The notes under the pieces are model-generated. The model searched no databases, was not told the origin of the DNA, and saw nothing but the letters and a program-made list of their open reading frames with translations. A stretch of 64,000 nt of DNA from Betaproteobacteria bacterium. Lineage in GTDB: Bacteria; Pseudomonadota; Gammaproteobacteria; Burkholderiales; JACQAP01. The stretch is from assembly GCA_016194905.1 (NCBI GenBank), contig JACQAP010000021.1, positions 140,942 through 204,941 on the forward strand, written 5' to 3'. A program made the translations under genes and the position numbers. Of this stretch, positions 46,924-56,221 are shown in pieces; within the stretch, counting starts at the first letter, position 1, and every line of letters begins with the position of its first letter.

Positions 46924-47920
46924 CGTCCGGACCCGAGAAGCTGTCGTTCATGCTGTGGTTGATCATTCGCAGCACGCGCAGCGCGTACTGCCCGTTGAAC
47001 ACGCCGTAATTGCATTCCATGACCGGGACACCATCGACCTCCGCGGTCAGCTCGGCCGGAATGTCCAGCGGAATCACGTCGCCGACCTTGAGGCCGCTGA
47101 CCTGGTTCAGCGTGAGCCTCGCGCTGCCGAGATTGGCGACCAGCTCCACTTCGGCTGATTGGACCTGGCGCGACAACAGGCGCACCCAGCGCTTGTCGGC
47201 CTCCATGTGGTCGCCTTGCAGGCTCGAATAGAGAATGTCGCGAATCGGTTCGATCATCGCGTAGGGCATGCACAGGTGGAAATCGCCGCTTACCGCTCCG
47301 AGCTCGATGGTAAATGTTGTGGTGATCACGACTTCGTTCGGCGTGGCGATGTTCGCGAATTGCGTATGCATCTCCGAGCGCATGTGCTCGAATTTCACCT
47401 GGTAAATCGGACTCCAGGATTTTTCGTAAGTCTCGAACACCACTTTCAGCAGTTTCTGGATGATGCGGTGCTCGGTCTGCGTGAATTCGCGGCCTTCGAC
47501 CCGCGTGTGGAAGCGGCCGTCGCCGCCGAACAGATTGTCGACCACCAGAAACACGAGGTTGGGATCGAAGATGAACAGGGCGGTGCCGCGCAGCGGCTTG
47601 GCCTGGACCATGTTCAGGTTCGTCGGCACGACCAGGTTGCGGATGAATTCGCTGTATTTCTGCACCCGCACCGGACCGACGGAAATCTCCGCGCTGCGGC
47701 GGATGAAGTTGAACAGGCCGACTCGCATCAACCGCGCGAAACGTTCGTTGATGATCTCGAGCGTGGGCATGCGCCCGCGCACGATGCGTTCCTGAGTGGC
47801 GAGGTTGTAAGGCCGGATTCCCTGGCCGTCGTCCGGCTTGTCGGCCCCGGCGTCCTGCTCGCCGGTCACGCCCTTCAGCAGCGCGTCGACTTCATTCTGG
47901 GTCAGGAATTCCTTGGTCAT
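46916..47920 (-). CDS. fliM: flagellar switch protein FliM
   Basis: N-terminal CheY-P binding motif LTQNEVDALL. FliM middle and C-terminal domains. 334 aa. Confidence 0.92.
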   Translation of the reverse strand: MTKEFLTQNEVDALLKGVTGEQDAGADKPDDGQGIRPYNLATQERIVRGRMPTLEIINERFARLMRVGLFNFIRRSAEISVGPVRVQKYSEFIRNLVVPTNLNMVQAKPLRGTALFIFDPNLVFLVVDNLFGGDGRFHTRVEGREFTQTEHRIIQKLLKVVFETYEKSWSPIYQVKFEHMRSEMHTQFANIATPNEVVITTTFTIELGAVSGDFHLCMPYAMIEPIRDILYSSLQGDHMEADKRWVRLLSRQVQSAEVELVANLGSARLTLNQVSGLKVGDVIPLDIPAELTAEVDGVPVMECNYGVFNGQYALRVLRMINHSMNDSFSGPDDA

Positions 47921-47936
47921 GCGCGCGTGTCTTGCC

Positions 47937-48605
47937 TTACTGGATGACGAAGGATGTGAAGAGCACGCTCTTCACCTTGTAGTCTTCGGGCGACTGCGGT
48001 TCTTCGGCTGCAGCCTCGGTTTCTTCGGCGGGCGCTTCCTTTGCCGCTTCGCCGGCTTTATCGCCCTCGGCCGCTTCCTTCTTGATCCTGGGTTGTTCCA
48101 CAGGTTTGACGGCATCGGGGTCGACAACCGCGGTAATTTCCACGCGCACGGACTCTGCAAGTCTGGCCTTGCCTTCCGGAGTCAACAGCTCCTGCGATGT
48201 CTTGGTCGAGAGAAGCATGAGCACACAGTTGCGCACTTCCGGCATGTGCTGCTTGACCTGGTCGACCACTTCCGGCCCGGCAAGGCGTAGCGTCATGTCG
48301 GTCTGCAGGAATTGATCGTTGCTCTGCGGCGCCTGCGCGCGCAGGTTGACGACGAAGGGCTCGAGCGGAAGGAACACCGGTGGGGCATCCTTCTTCGCGT
48401 GCTTGACTTCCTTGATCGGCGTGGCCTGCGCTTCGCCCTCCGCGGAATGCTTGCCCTTGAGCATGTACCAGGCGCCGCCACCGCCGCCGCCCATAAGCAG
48501 GACACTCGCCAGGACGATGATCAGTTTTTTCTTGCCGCCCGGTTTCCTGGCCGTGGGTTCGGCGACTTCCTCTTTGGCGGCTTCGATTTTTGGGCTTTTT
48601 GCCAT
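47937..48605 (-). CDS. fliL: flagellar basal-body-associated protein FliL (with low-complexity insertion)
   Basis: N-terminal TM (LIIVLASVLLMGGGG). FliL core (FLPLEPFVVNL..., FLQTDMTLRL). C-terminal VLFTSFVIQ preceded by an ~45-aa E/A/K/P-rich stretch. Confidence 0.8.
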   Translation of the reverse strand: MAKSPKIEAAKEEVAEPTARKPGGKKKLIIVLASVLLMGGGGGGAWYMLKGKHSAEGEAQATPIKEVKHAKKDAPPVFLPLEPFVVNLRAQAPQSNDQFLQTDMTLRLAGPEVVDQVKQHMPEVRNCVLMLLSTKTSQELLTPEGKARLAESVRVEITAVVDPDAVKPVEQPRIKKEAAEGDKAGEAAKEAPAEETEAAAEEPQSPEDYKVKSVLFTSFVIQ

Positions 48606-48693
48606 GACACGCCCTCAGTGTGGGATGCAGCCATTATTCAGGCCGGGGGTCTCGATCCATCGCTGGAATAGAGCGGCAAAAAATACCTAATTC

Positions 48694-48823
48694 GAGGGGC
48701 AGGGGCTAGGGGTGAGGGACTAGGGGCTAGGGAAGTGCGAAAGGAATCTCGAGCAACGCCGGAGAAGATTGACAGAAGACAAATCCGAATCGAAATTCTT
48801 GCCCTAGCCCCTAGCCCCTAGCC
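48694..48823. repeat. intergenic inverted heptamer-array element (GGGGCTA units) between fliK and fliL
   Basis: Left arm GAGGGGC AGGGGC TAGGGGT GAGGGAC TAGGGGC TAGGGAA. 67-nt core. Right arm CCCTAG CCCCTAG CCCCTAG CC. Confidence 0.85.
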
Positions 48824-48842
48824 TGTCGCGTCGCCCGCAGCG

Positions 48843-49988
48843 CTACGCGAACGTATCCACCAGACCGCTGCCTCGACGCAGAGGACTGCCGAGGCGTGGC
48901 TGGATCGGAGGTTCCGGTGTCTGGCCGGCGCGTGCGTCCGATCGCGTGCTGCCGTGGGACGGCCGGCCGGAATCGCCCGATCCATCGGTGTTGCCCGCAG
49001 TTCGGGCATCGACCGTGGTGTTGCCCAGCGCGATGCCGTTCTCCAGCAGCATTTCCCGCAATCGCGGCAGCGCGGATTCGATCGCCTCGCGGGTGGCGGC
49101 GTGTGCGGCGCTGAATTGCACCGACGCGGACGCTTGCGCACCCTGGTCGCCGGTCAGCACGAGTGTGACCTCGATCGGCCCGAGATCCGGGGGATTCAGG
49201 CGGATTTCGGCAGATTGCACATTGTTCTTGGCCATCCATACAACGCGGCTGGAAAAGCCATCATCCCAGGTGGGCGAGCCAAACGGCTGGGCCAGTTGTT
49301 CCACGTGCGCCACAACGCTCGCAGTGTTCGCCGATTGCGATGGCGCCACCGCGTGACCCGGCGTGCTGCCCACCGTCGGCAGCTGGAAGGCGGGTTCCTG
49401 CCGGCGCTCCGAGAGTTCGGCCTTGAGAACTGGAACGGCTACGGGTTCGTGCGCGGCAGTTTTTGCGACCGTCACAGCGGACCCGGCGTCCGCGTCATGT
49501 CGGGCATCGGTTGCGCGCAGCGAGTTGGCCGTGTTTTGCATGTCGGCCTGCGGCATGCTCTTGCCGCCATCGCTGCGCACGCGGGCGGAAATTGCGCTGT
49601 CGCGAGCGATGACCGGCAATGTGGTGGAGTCGGTCGCCTTGGCCGGCGCGGTCGAGTCGACCGGTGCGAGTGAAGCGGGCATCGGTTGGAGGGCGATCTG
49701 TGCAGCGGTCAGTTGTTGCGGATGGAGATCGGCCTTACCGGCGGCGATGGCGTCGAGCAGCGCGGTGGGATCGCACGCGGGCGTGTCGCCACTGGCATTT
49801 TTTGTGATTTCGACCGGTTCGCATGCTTGTTCCGGACTCGTTGTGCGTCCGATCCCGGCGCCGAGAAGTCCGGCGAAATCGAGGTCGCCGGCGTCGGCAT
49901 CCCCGGGATCTGCTGTCGCTGCGGGACCACCCGCAGAGTGGGTCGGGGAAGCCGTCCGTGCCGGATTCGCGATCATGAGTGTGTTCAT
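48843..49988 (-). CDS. fliK: flagellar hook-length control protein FliK
   Basis: Pro/Ala-rich N-terminal part. C-terminal Flg_hook-like AEIRLNPPDLGPIEVTLVL...ESALPRLREMLLENG. Located between fliJ and fliL. Confidence 0.75.
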   Translation of the reverse strand: MNTLMIANPARTASPTHSAGGPAATADPGDADAGDLDFAGLLGAGIGRTTSPEQACEPVEITKNASGDTPACDPTALLDAIAAGKADLHPQQLTAAQIALQPMPASLAPVDSTAPAKATDSTTLPVIARDSAISARVRSDGGKSMPQADMQNTANSLRATDARHDADAGSAVTVAKTAAHEPVAVPVLKAELSERRQEPAFQLPTVGSTPGHAVAPSQSANTASVVAHVEQLAQPFGSPTWDDGFSSRVVWMAKNNVQSAEIRLNPPDLGPIEVTLVLTGDQGAQASASVQFSAAHAATREAIESALPRLREMLLENGIALGNTTVDARTAGNTDGSGDSGRPSHGSTRSDARAGQTPEPPIQPRLGSPLRRGSGLVDTFA

Positions 49989-50010
49989 GAAGTTTTTGCC
50001 TGTCGTTTTA

Positions 50011-50478
50011 TCAGGAGGGTGTCTGGCGGCGTTGATGGCTGGCCGCGCTGCGTTCGTCCTGGTCGCGCTGTTCGCTCCTGGATTCGCGCTGCGCTTCGTC
50101 GCGCTGGTGACGTTCGTAGAGCACGTCGAAAGACTTCAGCTTGATGCGCGCCAGTTGCCATTCGTGCAGACCCGCCTGGCACTGGATACTGCATTTCGCC
50201 AGCATTTCCTTCTGCTGCGCGATGGCCTGGTCGAGCTTGCTTAAGAATTCGTGATAGTTGCGCCATTGTTCGTTACCGATGCCCGACTGGCTGGACCGCT
50301 CGAATCGAGACTGGTAGTCCTGTCGGCAGGTCTCCAGCATCTGCAGGGTTTCCGCGGCGGCGCGCTCCTTGGCGCGCAGTTCCGCAAGCGCGGCGGCGGC
50401 GGTATCCGCCTGCTTGCGCGTGAGATCCATCACGACTTCGAGTGGAAAACGCTTGGACATGTCGGCTCCTTTTTTCAT
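50011..50478 (-). CDS. fliJ: flagellar export chaperone/stalk protein FliJ
   Basis: Coiled-coil 155 aa ([12 protein letters not shown]...[10 protein letters not shown]). Start coupled to the fliI stop. Confidence 0.75.
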   Translation of the reverse strand: MKKGADMSKRFPLEVVMDLTRKQADTAAAALAELRAKERAAAETLQMLETCRQDYQSRFERSSQSGIGNEQWRNYHEFLSKLDQAIAQQKEMLAKCSIQCQAGLHEWQLARIKLKSFDVLYERHQRDEAQRESRSEQRDQDERSAASHQRRQTPS

Positions 50479-51920
50479 TGACTCTTGCCGTCTGCGGCGG
50501 CGTTGTTGAACAGGCCATGGAGCTGCGTGATCGCGGTCGCAAGCGGCTCGCGGCTGCTCATGTCCTGGCGCAGGAATGCCTCCATGCGCGGCATCATCTC
50601 GATGGCCTGATCGAGCTGCGGGTCGCTGCCGGCCAGGTAAGCACCGACGTTGATCAGGTCCCGGCTGCGCTGATGGCGCGAGTAAAGCGATTTCAAGCGG
50701 CGACCATTTTCGAGTTGAGATTCGTCGACCAGCGAAGTCATCGCGCGGCTGATCGATGCTTCGACGTCGATGGCGGGGTAGTGTCCGGACTCGGCAAGTT
50801 GCCGTGAAAGCACGATGTGTCCGTCGAGAATGGCGCGCGCCGCCTCTCCGATCGGATCCGCCGGGTCGTCGCCTTCGGTCAGCACGGTATAGAACGCAGT
50901 GATCGATCCGCCGCCCGTGGTGCCGTTGCCGGCTCTTTCCACCAGCGCCGGCAGCTTGGCGAACACCGATGGCGGATAGCCTTTGGTCGCGGGAGGCTCG
51001 CCGATTGCCAGTGCGATCTCACGCTGGGCCATGGCGACACGCGTCAGCGAATCCATGATCAGCAGCACGTTCTTGCCCTGGTCGCGGAAGTATTCGGCCA
51101 CCGCAGTGGCGTAAGCCGCGCCCTGCAATCTCATCAGCGGCGAAGTGTCTGCCGGCGTTGCGACGACCACCGAGCGCGCCATGCCCTCCGGGCCGAGAAT
51201 CTTTTCGATGAATTCCTTTACTTCGCGGCCGCGCTCGCCGATCAGACCGACCACCGTCACGTCGGCGGTGGTGTAGCGGGCCATCATGCCGAGCAGGACG
51301 CTTTTGCCCACCCCGGAGCCTGCGAACAATCCCATGCGCTGTCCGCGGCCGACTGTCAGCAGGGCATTGATCGCGCGCACGCCGACGTCGAGCGGCGTTT
51401 CGATCGGCGCTCGCTCCAGCGGATTGAACGGCCGGCTGTACAGCGGCTGCATCTGGCTGGTGTTCGGTGCTGGCAGGCGGTCGAGCGGTTTGCCGGCGCC
51501 ATCGAGCACGCGCCCGAGAAGTTCCACACCGACCGGAACATGCTTGCCGCGATCGGCAGCGCGCCGGCGTGGCATTTCCTTGTCGCCTATGCGCAGTGTC
51601 GCGACCGGGGCTTCCTGGGGCACGACGCGCGCACCCGGCGTCAGCCCATAAACATCCTGCGACGGCATCAGGAAGAGGCGGTCGCCGGAAAAACCCACGA
51701 CTTCGGCTTCGACCGAATTGCCGTTCGGCAGCAGCAGTGTGCAAGTGCTCCCCACAGCGAGTTTGAGACCGACCGCTTCCATGACCAGTCCGGCGGCGCG
51801 CGTGAGATAGCCGCTCGGGGCCAGCGGCTGGCTCGAGTCGATGCGCGTACGGCAATCGGCGAGGAAACCGGTGAGGCGCTGGGTGCGTCCAGCGGGTGCG
51901 GGTTTGGCCTGGGCGTTCAT
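50475..51920 (-). CDS. fliI: flagellum-specific ATPase FliI
   Basis: Walker A GSGVGKS, Walker [11 protein letters not shown]1/T3SS ATPase-like throughout. Confidence 0.95.
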   Translation of the reverse strand: MNAQAKPAPAGRTQRLTGFLADCRTRIDSSQPLAPSGYLTRAAGLVMEAVGLKLAVGSTCTLLLPNGNSVEAEVVGFSGDRLFLMPSQDVYGLTPGARVVPQEAPVATLRIGDKEMPRRRAADRGKHVPVGVELLGRVLDGAGKPLDRLPAPNTSQMQPLYSRPFNPLERAPIETPLDVGVRAINALLTVGRGQRMGLFAGSGVGKSVLLGMMARYTTADVTVVGLIGERGREVKEFIEKILGPEGMARSVVVATPADTSPLMRLQGAAYATAVAEYFRDQGKNVLLIMDSLTRVAMAQREIALAIGEPPATKGYPPSVFAKLPALVERAGNGTTGGGSITAFYTVLTEGDDPADPIGEAARAILDGHIVLSRQLAESGHYPAIDVEASISRAMTSLVDESQLENGRRLKSLYSRHQRSRDLINVGAYLAGSDPQLDQAIEMMPRMEAFLRQDMSSREPLATAITQLHGLFNNAAADGKSQ

Positions 51921-52555
51921 GCCTCGCCTTTATCCTCGCCATTTCCCAGCCAGCCGCCTTCGCGGCCGAGCGTGCCGACAATGCGGCGCCAGCGCGCGTC
52001 CAGCGTCGCATCGACCTCACCGTGCGAAGTGCACACCACGCAACCGCCGCGTGTGATTGCGGCATCCTCGACGATGGTCCAGCCGGAAACTACTGTGAGT
52101 GACTCTCCCGCGAGTTCGCGCGCGAGCGCGACGTCCTGGGGATGCAGGCGCAGGCACCGCTCTTCACCGAGAACCGGCAAGCTGCGTATTGCTTCCTGGA
52201 TGACGGGCAGTATCAGTTCCGGTCTGACTTCGAGTGCGCCTCGCAGCATCTGGCGCGCGACGTCGAGGGCGACATCGAGCACTTGTTGCGCGAGCCGCTG
52301 ATCGAGTTCGGCGGTCTCCGAAGAAAAAGCCCTGGCCAGGGCGGCGAGGCGCTCTGCTTCCGAGCCGGCCCGTTGCCTGCCTTCGTTCAACCCGGTCTGA
52401 TAGCCATCGAGACGCGCTTGCTGATGGATCTTCTCGACCTGCGCCGCGGTCGTCAGCGCTACCGGACCACGCTTGCCCGGGACATCGAAGCTGTTAAGTT
52501 CCCAGCGTTCGTAAGCGGAGAGCTGCTCTTTCGGAATGAGGTTCGGTGCGGCCAT
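51917..52555 (-). CDS. fliH: flagellar export regulator FliH
   Basis: Position between fliG and fliI. FliH-like repeats and C-terminus ([20 protein letters not shown]). Stop coupled to the fliI start. Confidence 0.8.
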   Translation of the reverse strand: MAAPNLIPKEQLSAYERWELNSFDVPGKRGPVALTTAAQVEKIHQQARLDGYQTGLNEGRQRAGSEAERLAALARAFSSETAELDQRLAQQVLDVALDVARQMLRGALEVRPELILPVIQEAIRSLPVLGEERCLRLHPQDVALARELAGESLTVVSGWTIVEDAAITRGGCVVCTSHGEVDATLDARWRRIVGTLGREGGWLGNGEDKGEA

Positions 52556-52557
52556 GA

Positions 52558-52686
52558 AGTCAGTGACTGGTGACTAGTTGTTGATGACTGGAAAAGGCAG
52601 AGCGTCGCGATCTGTTGATAGTCGTATTGCTGTGTGAATTCAGGTCGTCATTTCTTGGTTTTGCCAGTCACCTGTCACCGGTTACC
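52558..52686. repeat. intergenic inverted heptamer-array element (GTGACTG units) between fliG and fliH
   Basis: Left arm AGTCAGTGACTGGTGACTAGTTGTTGATGACTGG. 71-nt core. Right arm GCCAGTCACCTGTCACCGGTTACC. Confidence 0.75.
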
Positions 52687-52697
52687 CGGCGCTGTCG

Positions 52698-53693
52698 TCA
52701 GACAAAGGCATCATCGCCCTTGCCGCCAAGCGCGAGCTGGCCTTCGTCGGCGAGGCGGCGCACCAGTTTGAGGATTTCTTTCTGCTCGCCCTCGACTTCG
52801 GACAGACGAACGGGGCCTTTCGATTCGAGGTCCTCGCGCAGCATTTCCGCAGCGCGACTCGACATGTTCCTGAAGATCTTCTCGCGCAATTCTTCGCCGG
52901 CCCCTTTCAGTGCGACGATAAGGGACTCGGATTGCACTTCACGCAGGACGAGCTGTATGCCGCGATCGTCGATGTCGATGAGATTGTCGAACACGAACAT
53001 CTCGTCGAGGATCTTCTGCGCCAGGTCGCCGTCGTACTCTCGAATATTCTCCATTACCGTGCCTTCCACGGTTCCCGGCATGAAGTTCATGATTTCCGCT
53101 GCGGCGCGCACGCCGCCCATGGGACTTTTCTTGAGGTTGTTGTTTCCGGAAAGCAGCTTCGTCAAAACGTCGTTGAGTTCCTTGAGGGCCGAAGGCTGGA
53201 TGCCGTCCAGGGTGGCGATGCGCAGGATCACGTCGTTGCGGGTTCTCTCCGCGAAATGGCCGAGGATTTCGCTTGCTTGGTCGCGATCGAGGTGCACCAG
53301 GATGGTGGCGATGATCTGCGGGTGTTCGTTCTTGATCAGGTCGGCGACCGCGGGGGAATCCATCCACTTCAGACCCTCGATGCCGCTAGTATCGCCTCCC
53401 TGCAGGATGCGGTCGATCAGCGAGGCGGCCTTGTCATCGCCCAGGGCTTTCTTCAGTACCGTGCGAATGTACTCGTCGGAGTCCATGCCGAGCGCGGTTT
53501 TTTCGCCGGCGAGTTTGTGGAAATCGCCGAGGACGCCGTCAATGTTTTCCCTGGTGACGTTTCTCATCGCGGCCATCGCCTGGCCGAGTTTCTGTACTTC
53601 GCGCGGTCCGAGATATTTGAACACCGAGGCGGCGGCTTCCTCGCCGAGCGACATCAGCAGAATCGCGCTTTTTTCGATGCCGTCAGCGCTCAT
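52698..53693 (-). CDS. fliG: flagellar rotor/switch protein FliG
   Basis: 331 aa. FliG motifs (GIEKSAILLMSLGEE, EHPQIIATILVHL, MFVFDNL, charged-ridge C-terminus). Confidence 0.95.
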   Translation of the reverse strand: MSADGIEKSAILLMSLGEEAAASVFKYLGPREVQKLGQAMAAMRNVTRENIDGVLGDFHKLAGEKTALGMDSDEYIRTVLKKALGDDKAASLIDRILQGGDTSGIEGLKWMDSPAVADLIKNEHPQIIATILVHLDRDQASEILGHFAERTRNDVILRIATLDGIQPSALKELNDVLTKLLSGNNNLKKSPMGGVRAAAEIMNFMPGTVEGTVMENIREYDGDLAQKILDEMFVFDNLIDIDDRGIQLVLREVQSESLIVALKGAGEELREKIFRNMSSRAAEMLREDLESKGPVRLSEVEGEQKEILKLVRRLADEGQLALGGKGDDAFV

Positions 53694-55305
53694 CGCCGGC
53701 TACCCAGGTGCGAACGATATTGGCGACGAGCTTGGGTTCCTGCCGGGCAAGCTGTTTCGCCGAGTCGAGGTTGCTCTGATAGGACGCTCCGCCCATGACA
53801 CCAGGCGCCGCACCCGGGGCACCGGCGGGCAATGCCTGTGTTTCGACCGGAGACGGCGTCATTGCGCTGCGAAACATCGGACGCAGCACTTTGAAGAAAA
53901 GGAACAGCACCAGACCTGCGATCAGCAGATTCTTGCCGATTTCCTGCGCCAGCGCCCACGTGCCCGGCTGTTTCCAGAACGGCACGGTTTCCAGTGCTTC
54001 CGCTTCTGCTACGGTGAAAGCCGTGTTGGCCACGGTCACCGTGTCGCCGCGCGCTTCGGTGTAGCCCATGGCTTCGCGGACCAGCTTGTTGATTTGCGCC
54101 ATGTCGTCTTCGCTGCGCGGCTTGTAGGAAACCCTGCCGTCCTTCGCGGTGACCTTGCGATAATTCACCACTACGGCGACCGACAGCCGTTTGATATTGC
54201 CGATGCTGTGGCGGATGTGCTTCAGGGATTTGTCGACTTCGTAGTTCACCGCGGAATTCTTGTTTGTGCTGCTGCTCGCAGGCGGCGCGGATGGTGTCGT
54301 GGCGCCCGTCGCGGCGGGCTGGCCGTTGATCGGCGCCGACGCGGGTGACGGTGGTTGGTTCGACAGGGCGCCGGGAACGCCGCCGCTCTGAGCGCCGCCG
54401 GCGCCGCTGCTTGATTCGCTCGAGGTCTGGCTGCGTATCGCCGCTGGCGCCGCGCCCTGGTTCGGACGATAGACTTCCTCCGCCTGTTCGGTCTGCGAGA
54501 AGTCGATGTCCGCGGTGACCTGGGCGTGCATGTTGTCGTTGCCGACCACGGGCAGCACGATGGATTCGATGCGCTGGGCGTAATCCTGCTCCATCGTCTT
54601 TACGTATTTGAGCTGCCCGGGATCGAGGCCGGTCTGTAGCTGCGAGTCGTTCTGCGCCGAAAGCAGATTGCCGTTCTGGTCGACGACCGTGACATTCTTC
54701 ACCAGCAGATCCGGGACGCTGCTGGCGACCAGGTGCACGATCGCGCTGACCTGCCCGGGATCGAGTGTGCGACCGGCATTCAGATTGACCAGTACGGAGG
54801 CGCTTGATTTCTGTTGTTCGCGCATGAACACGCTGGGTTTCGGTATTGCCAGATGCACCCGCGCGCCACCGACGGCGGAGACCGACTGGATCGAGCGGGC
54901 GAGTTCGCCCTCGAGCGCGCGCTGATAGTTGACCTGCTCGAGAAACTGGCTGGTGCCGAGCTTCGGTGTTTCCATGAGTTCGAAGCCGACCAGGCTGCCT
55001 TTCGGCAGACCCTGGCTCGCGAGCCTCAGCCTGGCTTCGTGCACATGCGTGGCCGGCACCAGAATGGCGCCTCCGCCATCCGCAAACTTGTAAGGCACGT
55101 TCATCTGCGTCAGCGACGCTATGATCGCGCCGCCGTCGCGGTCGCTCACGTTCGAGAACAGCACGCGATAGTCCGGGGCTTGGCTCCACATCCACGCGCC
55201 GACGGCAAGCGCCACGGCCGTAGCGGCTGCCAGCATCAGGGCGACAACCTGCCTCCCACCCGGGCCGCTGAGCTGCTGCATGGTCCGTACCGCGGTTCCA
55301 GCCAT
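53683..55305 (-). CDS. fliF: flagellar MS-ring protein FliF
   Basis: 540 aa. N-terminal TM, RBM-like domains (VPYKFADGGGAILVP), C-terminal TM and FliG-binding tail. Confidence 0.92.
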   Translation of the reverse strand: MAGTAVRTMQQLSGPGGRQVVALMLAAATAVALAVGAWMWSQAPDYRVLFSNVSDRDGGAIIASLTQMNVPYKFADGGGAILVPATHVHEARLRLASQGLPKGSLVGFELMETPKLGTSQFLEQVNYQRALEGELARSIQSVSAVGGARVHLAIPKPSVFMREQQKSSASVLVNLNAGRTLDPGQVSAIVHLVASSVPDLLVKNVTVVDQNGNLLSAQNDSQLQTGLDPGQLKYVKTMEQDYAQRIESIVLPVVGNDNMHAQVTADIDFSQTEQAEEVYRPNQGAAPAAIRSQTSSESSSGAGGAQSGGVPGALSNQPPSPASAPINGQPAATGATTPSAPPASSSTNKNSAVNYEVDKSLKHIRHSIGNIKRLSVAVVVNYRKVTAKDGRVSYKPRSEDDMAQINKLVREAMGYTEARGDTVTVANTAFTVAEAEALETVPFWKQPGTWALAQEIGKNLLIAGLVLFLFFKVLRPMFRSAMTPSPVETQALPAGAPGAAPGVMGGASYQSNLDSAKQLARQEPKLVANIVRTWVAGDER

Positions 55306-55496
55306 CGAATCACCTCGCTATGCGACTGCCTCATGCGGCCGCCGTGCTTTTGGCAGGCGGATTCCGATGACGGCGATTATGGTCGGCGGGTAGCAATTCA
55401 ATCGGGTGAAAAGAGGGGCTTTTAGGCGCTTTATCCGGGCAGGGTCTGCAAGCGGGGCGAGGTATTGTGCCGCCATCGCGTAACGGGGTTGGGGAC

Positions 55497-55745
55497 ATGG
55501 ACCACAACAATCACCAGATGCCGGCGACAAGCGTGGAAGCAGGCTCGCCGACGGACGACGAATTGGCCAGGGCAGTCAGGGTCCTGGCGGGCAAGCTCGA
55601 TCTCAGGTCGCTGGAGCGCCTGGTTATCCTGCAAACGCTGGCTACCGTAAACGGCTCGCGCCGCGCCGCGGTGGCGCGCCTCGGGATCAGCGAACGCACG
55701 CTACGCAACAAGCTCCAGCAATACCGGCTGGATACCGTGATTTGA
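55497..55745 (+). CDS. small stand-alone Fis/NtrC-C-terminal-type HTH protein
   Basis: Only a C-terminal HTH_8-like segment is recognisable: LERLVILQTLATVNGSRRAAVARLGISERTLRNKLQQY. ATG 55497, with GTG 55467 as an alternative start. Confidence 0.55.
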   Translation: MDHNNHQMPATSVEAGSPTDDELARAVRVLAGKLDLRSLERLVILQTLATVNGSRRAAVARLGISERTLRNKLQQYRLDTVI

Positions 55746-55773
55746 GGCGCCGGCGCGCCCGAGGAGCTGCACA

Positions 55774-56097
55774 ATGGACCGCATATCAGTGGAAAGCGTA
55801 TTGAGCCAGATCCGCGCGATGCAGGAAATCGCCGCCGGAGGCCAGAAATCCCCCGTGACCGGGGCGCCCGGCAAGGTGGACTTCGCGCAAATGCTGCGAA
55901 CGTCGCTGGATCAGGTCAGCGGCGCCGAACAGCAGGCAAACAATCTGTCGCAGGCTTTCGAGAAAGGGGATCCGAGCGTGAACCTGCAGGACGTCATGAT
56001 CTCGATGCAGAAGGCCAATATCTCCTTTCAGACTGTGGTCCAGGTGCGCAATCGTGTGGTGGCGGCCTATCAGGACATGATGAACATGCAGATGTAG
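55774..56097 (+). CDS. fliE: flagellar hook-basal body protein FliE
   Basis: 107 aa. C-terminal MISMQKANISFQTVVQVRNRVVAAYQDMMNMQM is typical FliE. Confidence 0.88.
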   Translation: MDRISVESVLSQIRAMQEIAAGGQKSPVTGAPGKVDFAQMLRTSLDQVSGAEQQANNLSQAFEKGDPSVNLQDVMISMQKANISFQTVVQVRNRVVAAYQDMMNMQM

Positions 56098-56098
56098 T

Positions 56099-56216
56099 AC
56101 TAGGGGCTAGGGATGAGGGACTAGGGGGGTAGGGAACTACGTCTTCATACCTTAACTGCCTTGCTCGCTTGTCAGAGCTTTTTTTCTAGCCCCTAGCCCC
56201 TAGCCCCTCTTCCCTG
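56099..56216. repeat. intergenic inverted heptamer-array element (GGGGCTA units) between fliE and ycgR
   Basis: Left arm TAGGGGC TAGGGAT GAGGGAC TAGGGGGG TAGGGAA. The core is the reverse complement of the 44931-44983 core. Right arm CTAGCCC CTAGCCC CTAGCCCCT. Confidence 0.85.
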
Positions 56217-56221
56217 ATCTT

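Noticed and set aside
50817-52301. 494-aa plus-strand ORF and other long ORFs opposite fliI/fliH (e.g. 51019-52065)
   Set aside because: These are shadow frames of the fliI/fliH genes. FliI has clear Walker A/B motifs on the minus strand.
52615-54348. 577-aa ORF on the plus strand
   Set aside because: It is antisense to fliG and fliF. It has low-complexity Ser/Arg-rich composition, and the opposite-strand genes carry unmistakable FliG/FliF motifs.
55306-55466. Sigma-54 promoter in the fliF/fliE divergent region (TGGCAGGCGGATTCCG at ~55350)
   Set aside because: The -12 element reads TTCC rather than TTGC and no enhancer-binding protein gene is present. The locus has FlhDC, which normally drives class II genes via sigma-70.
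36354-56216. Possibility that the short tandem repeats are CRISPR arrays
   Set aside because: The units are only 7 nt and directly abutting, with no spacers. The arrays span 20-50 bp and no cas genes are present. They are therefore classed as heptamer repeat elements instead.
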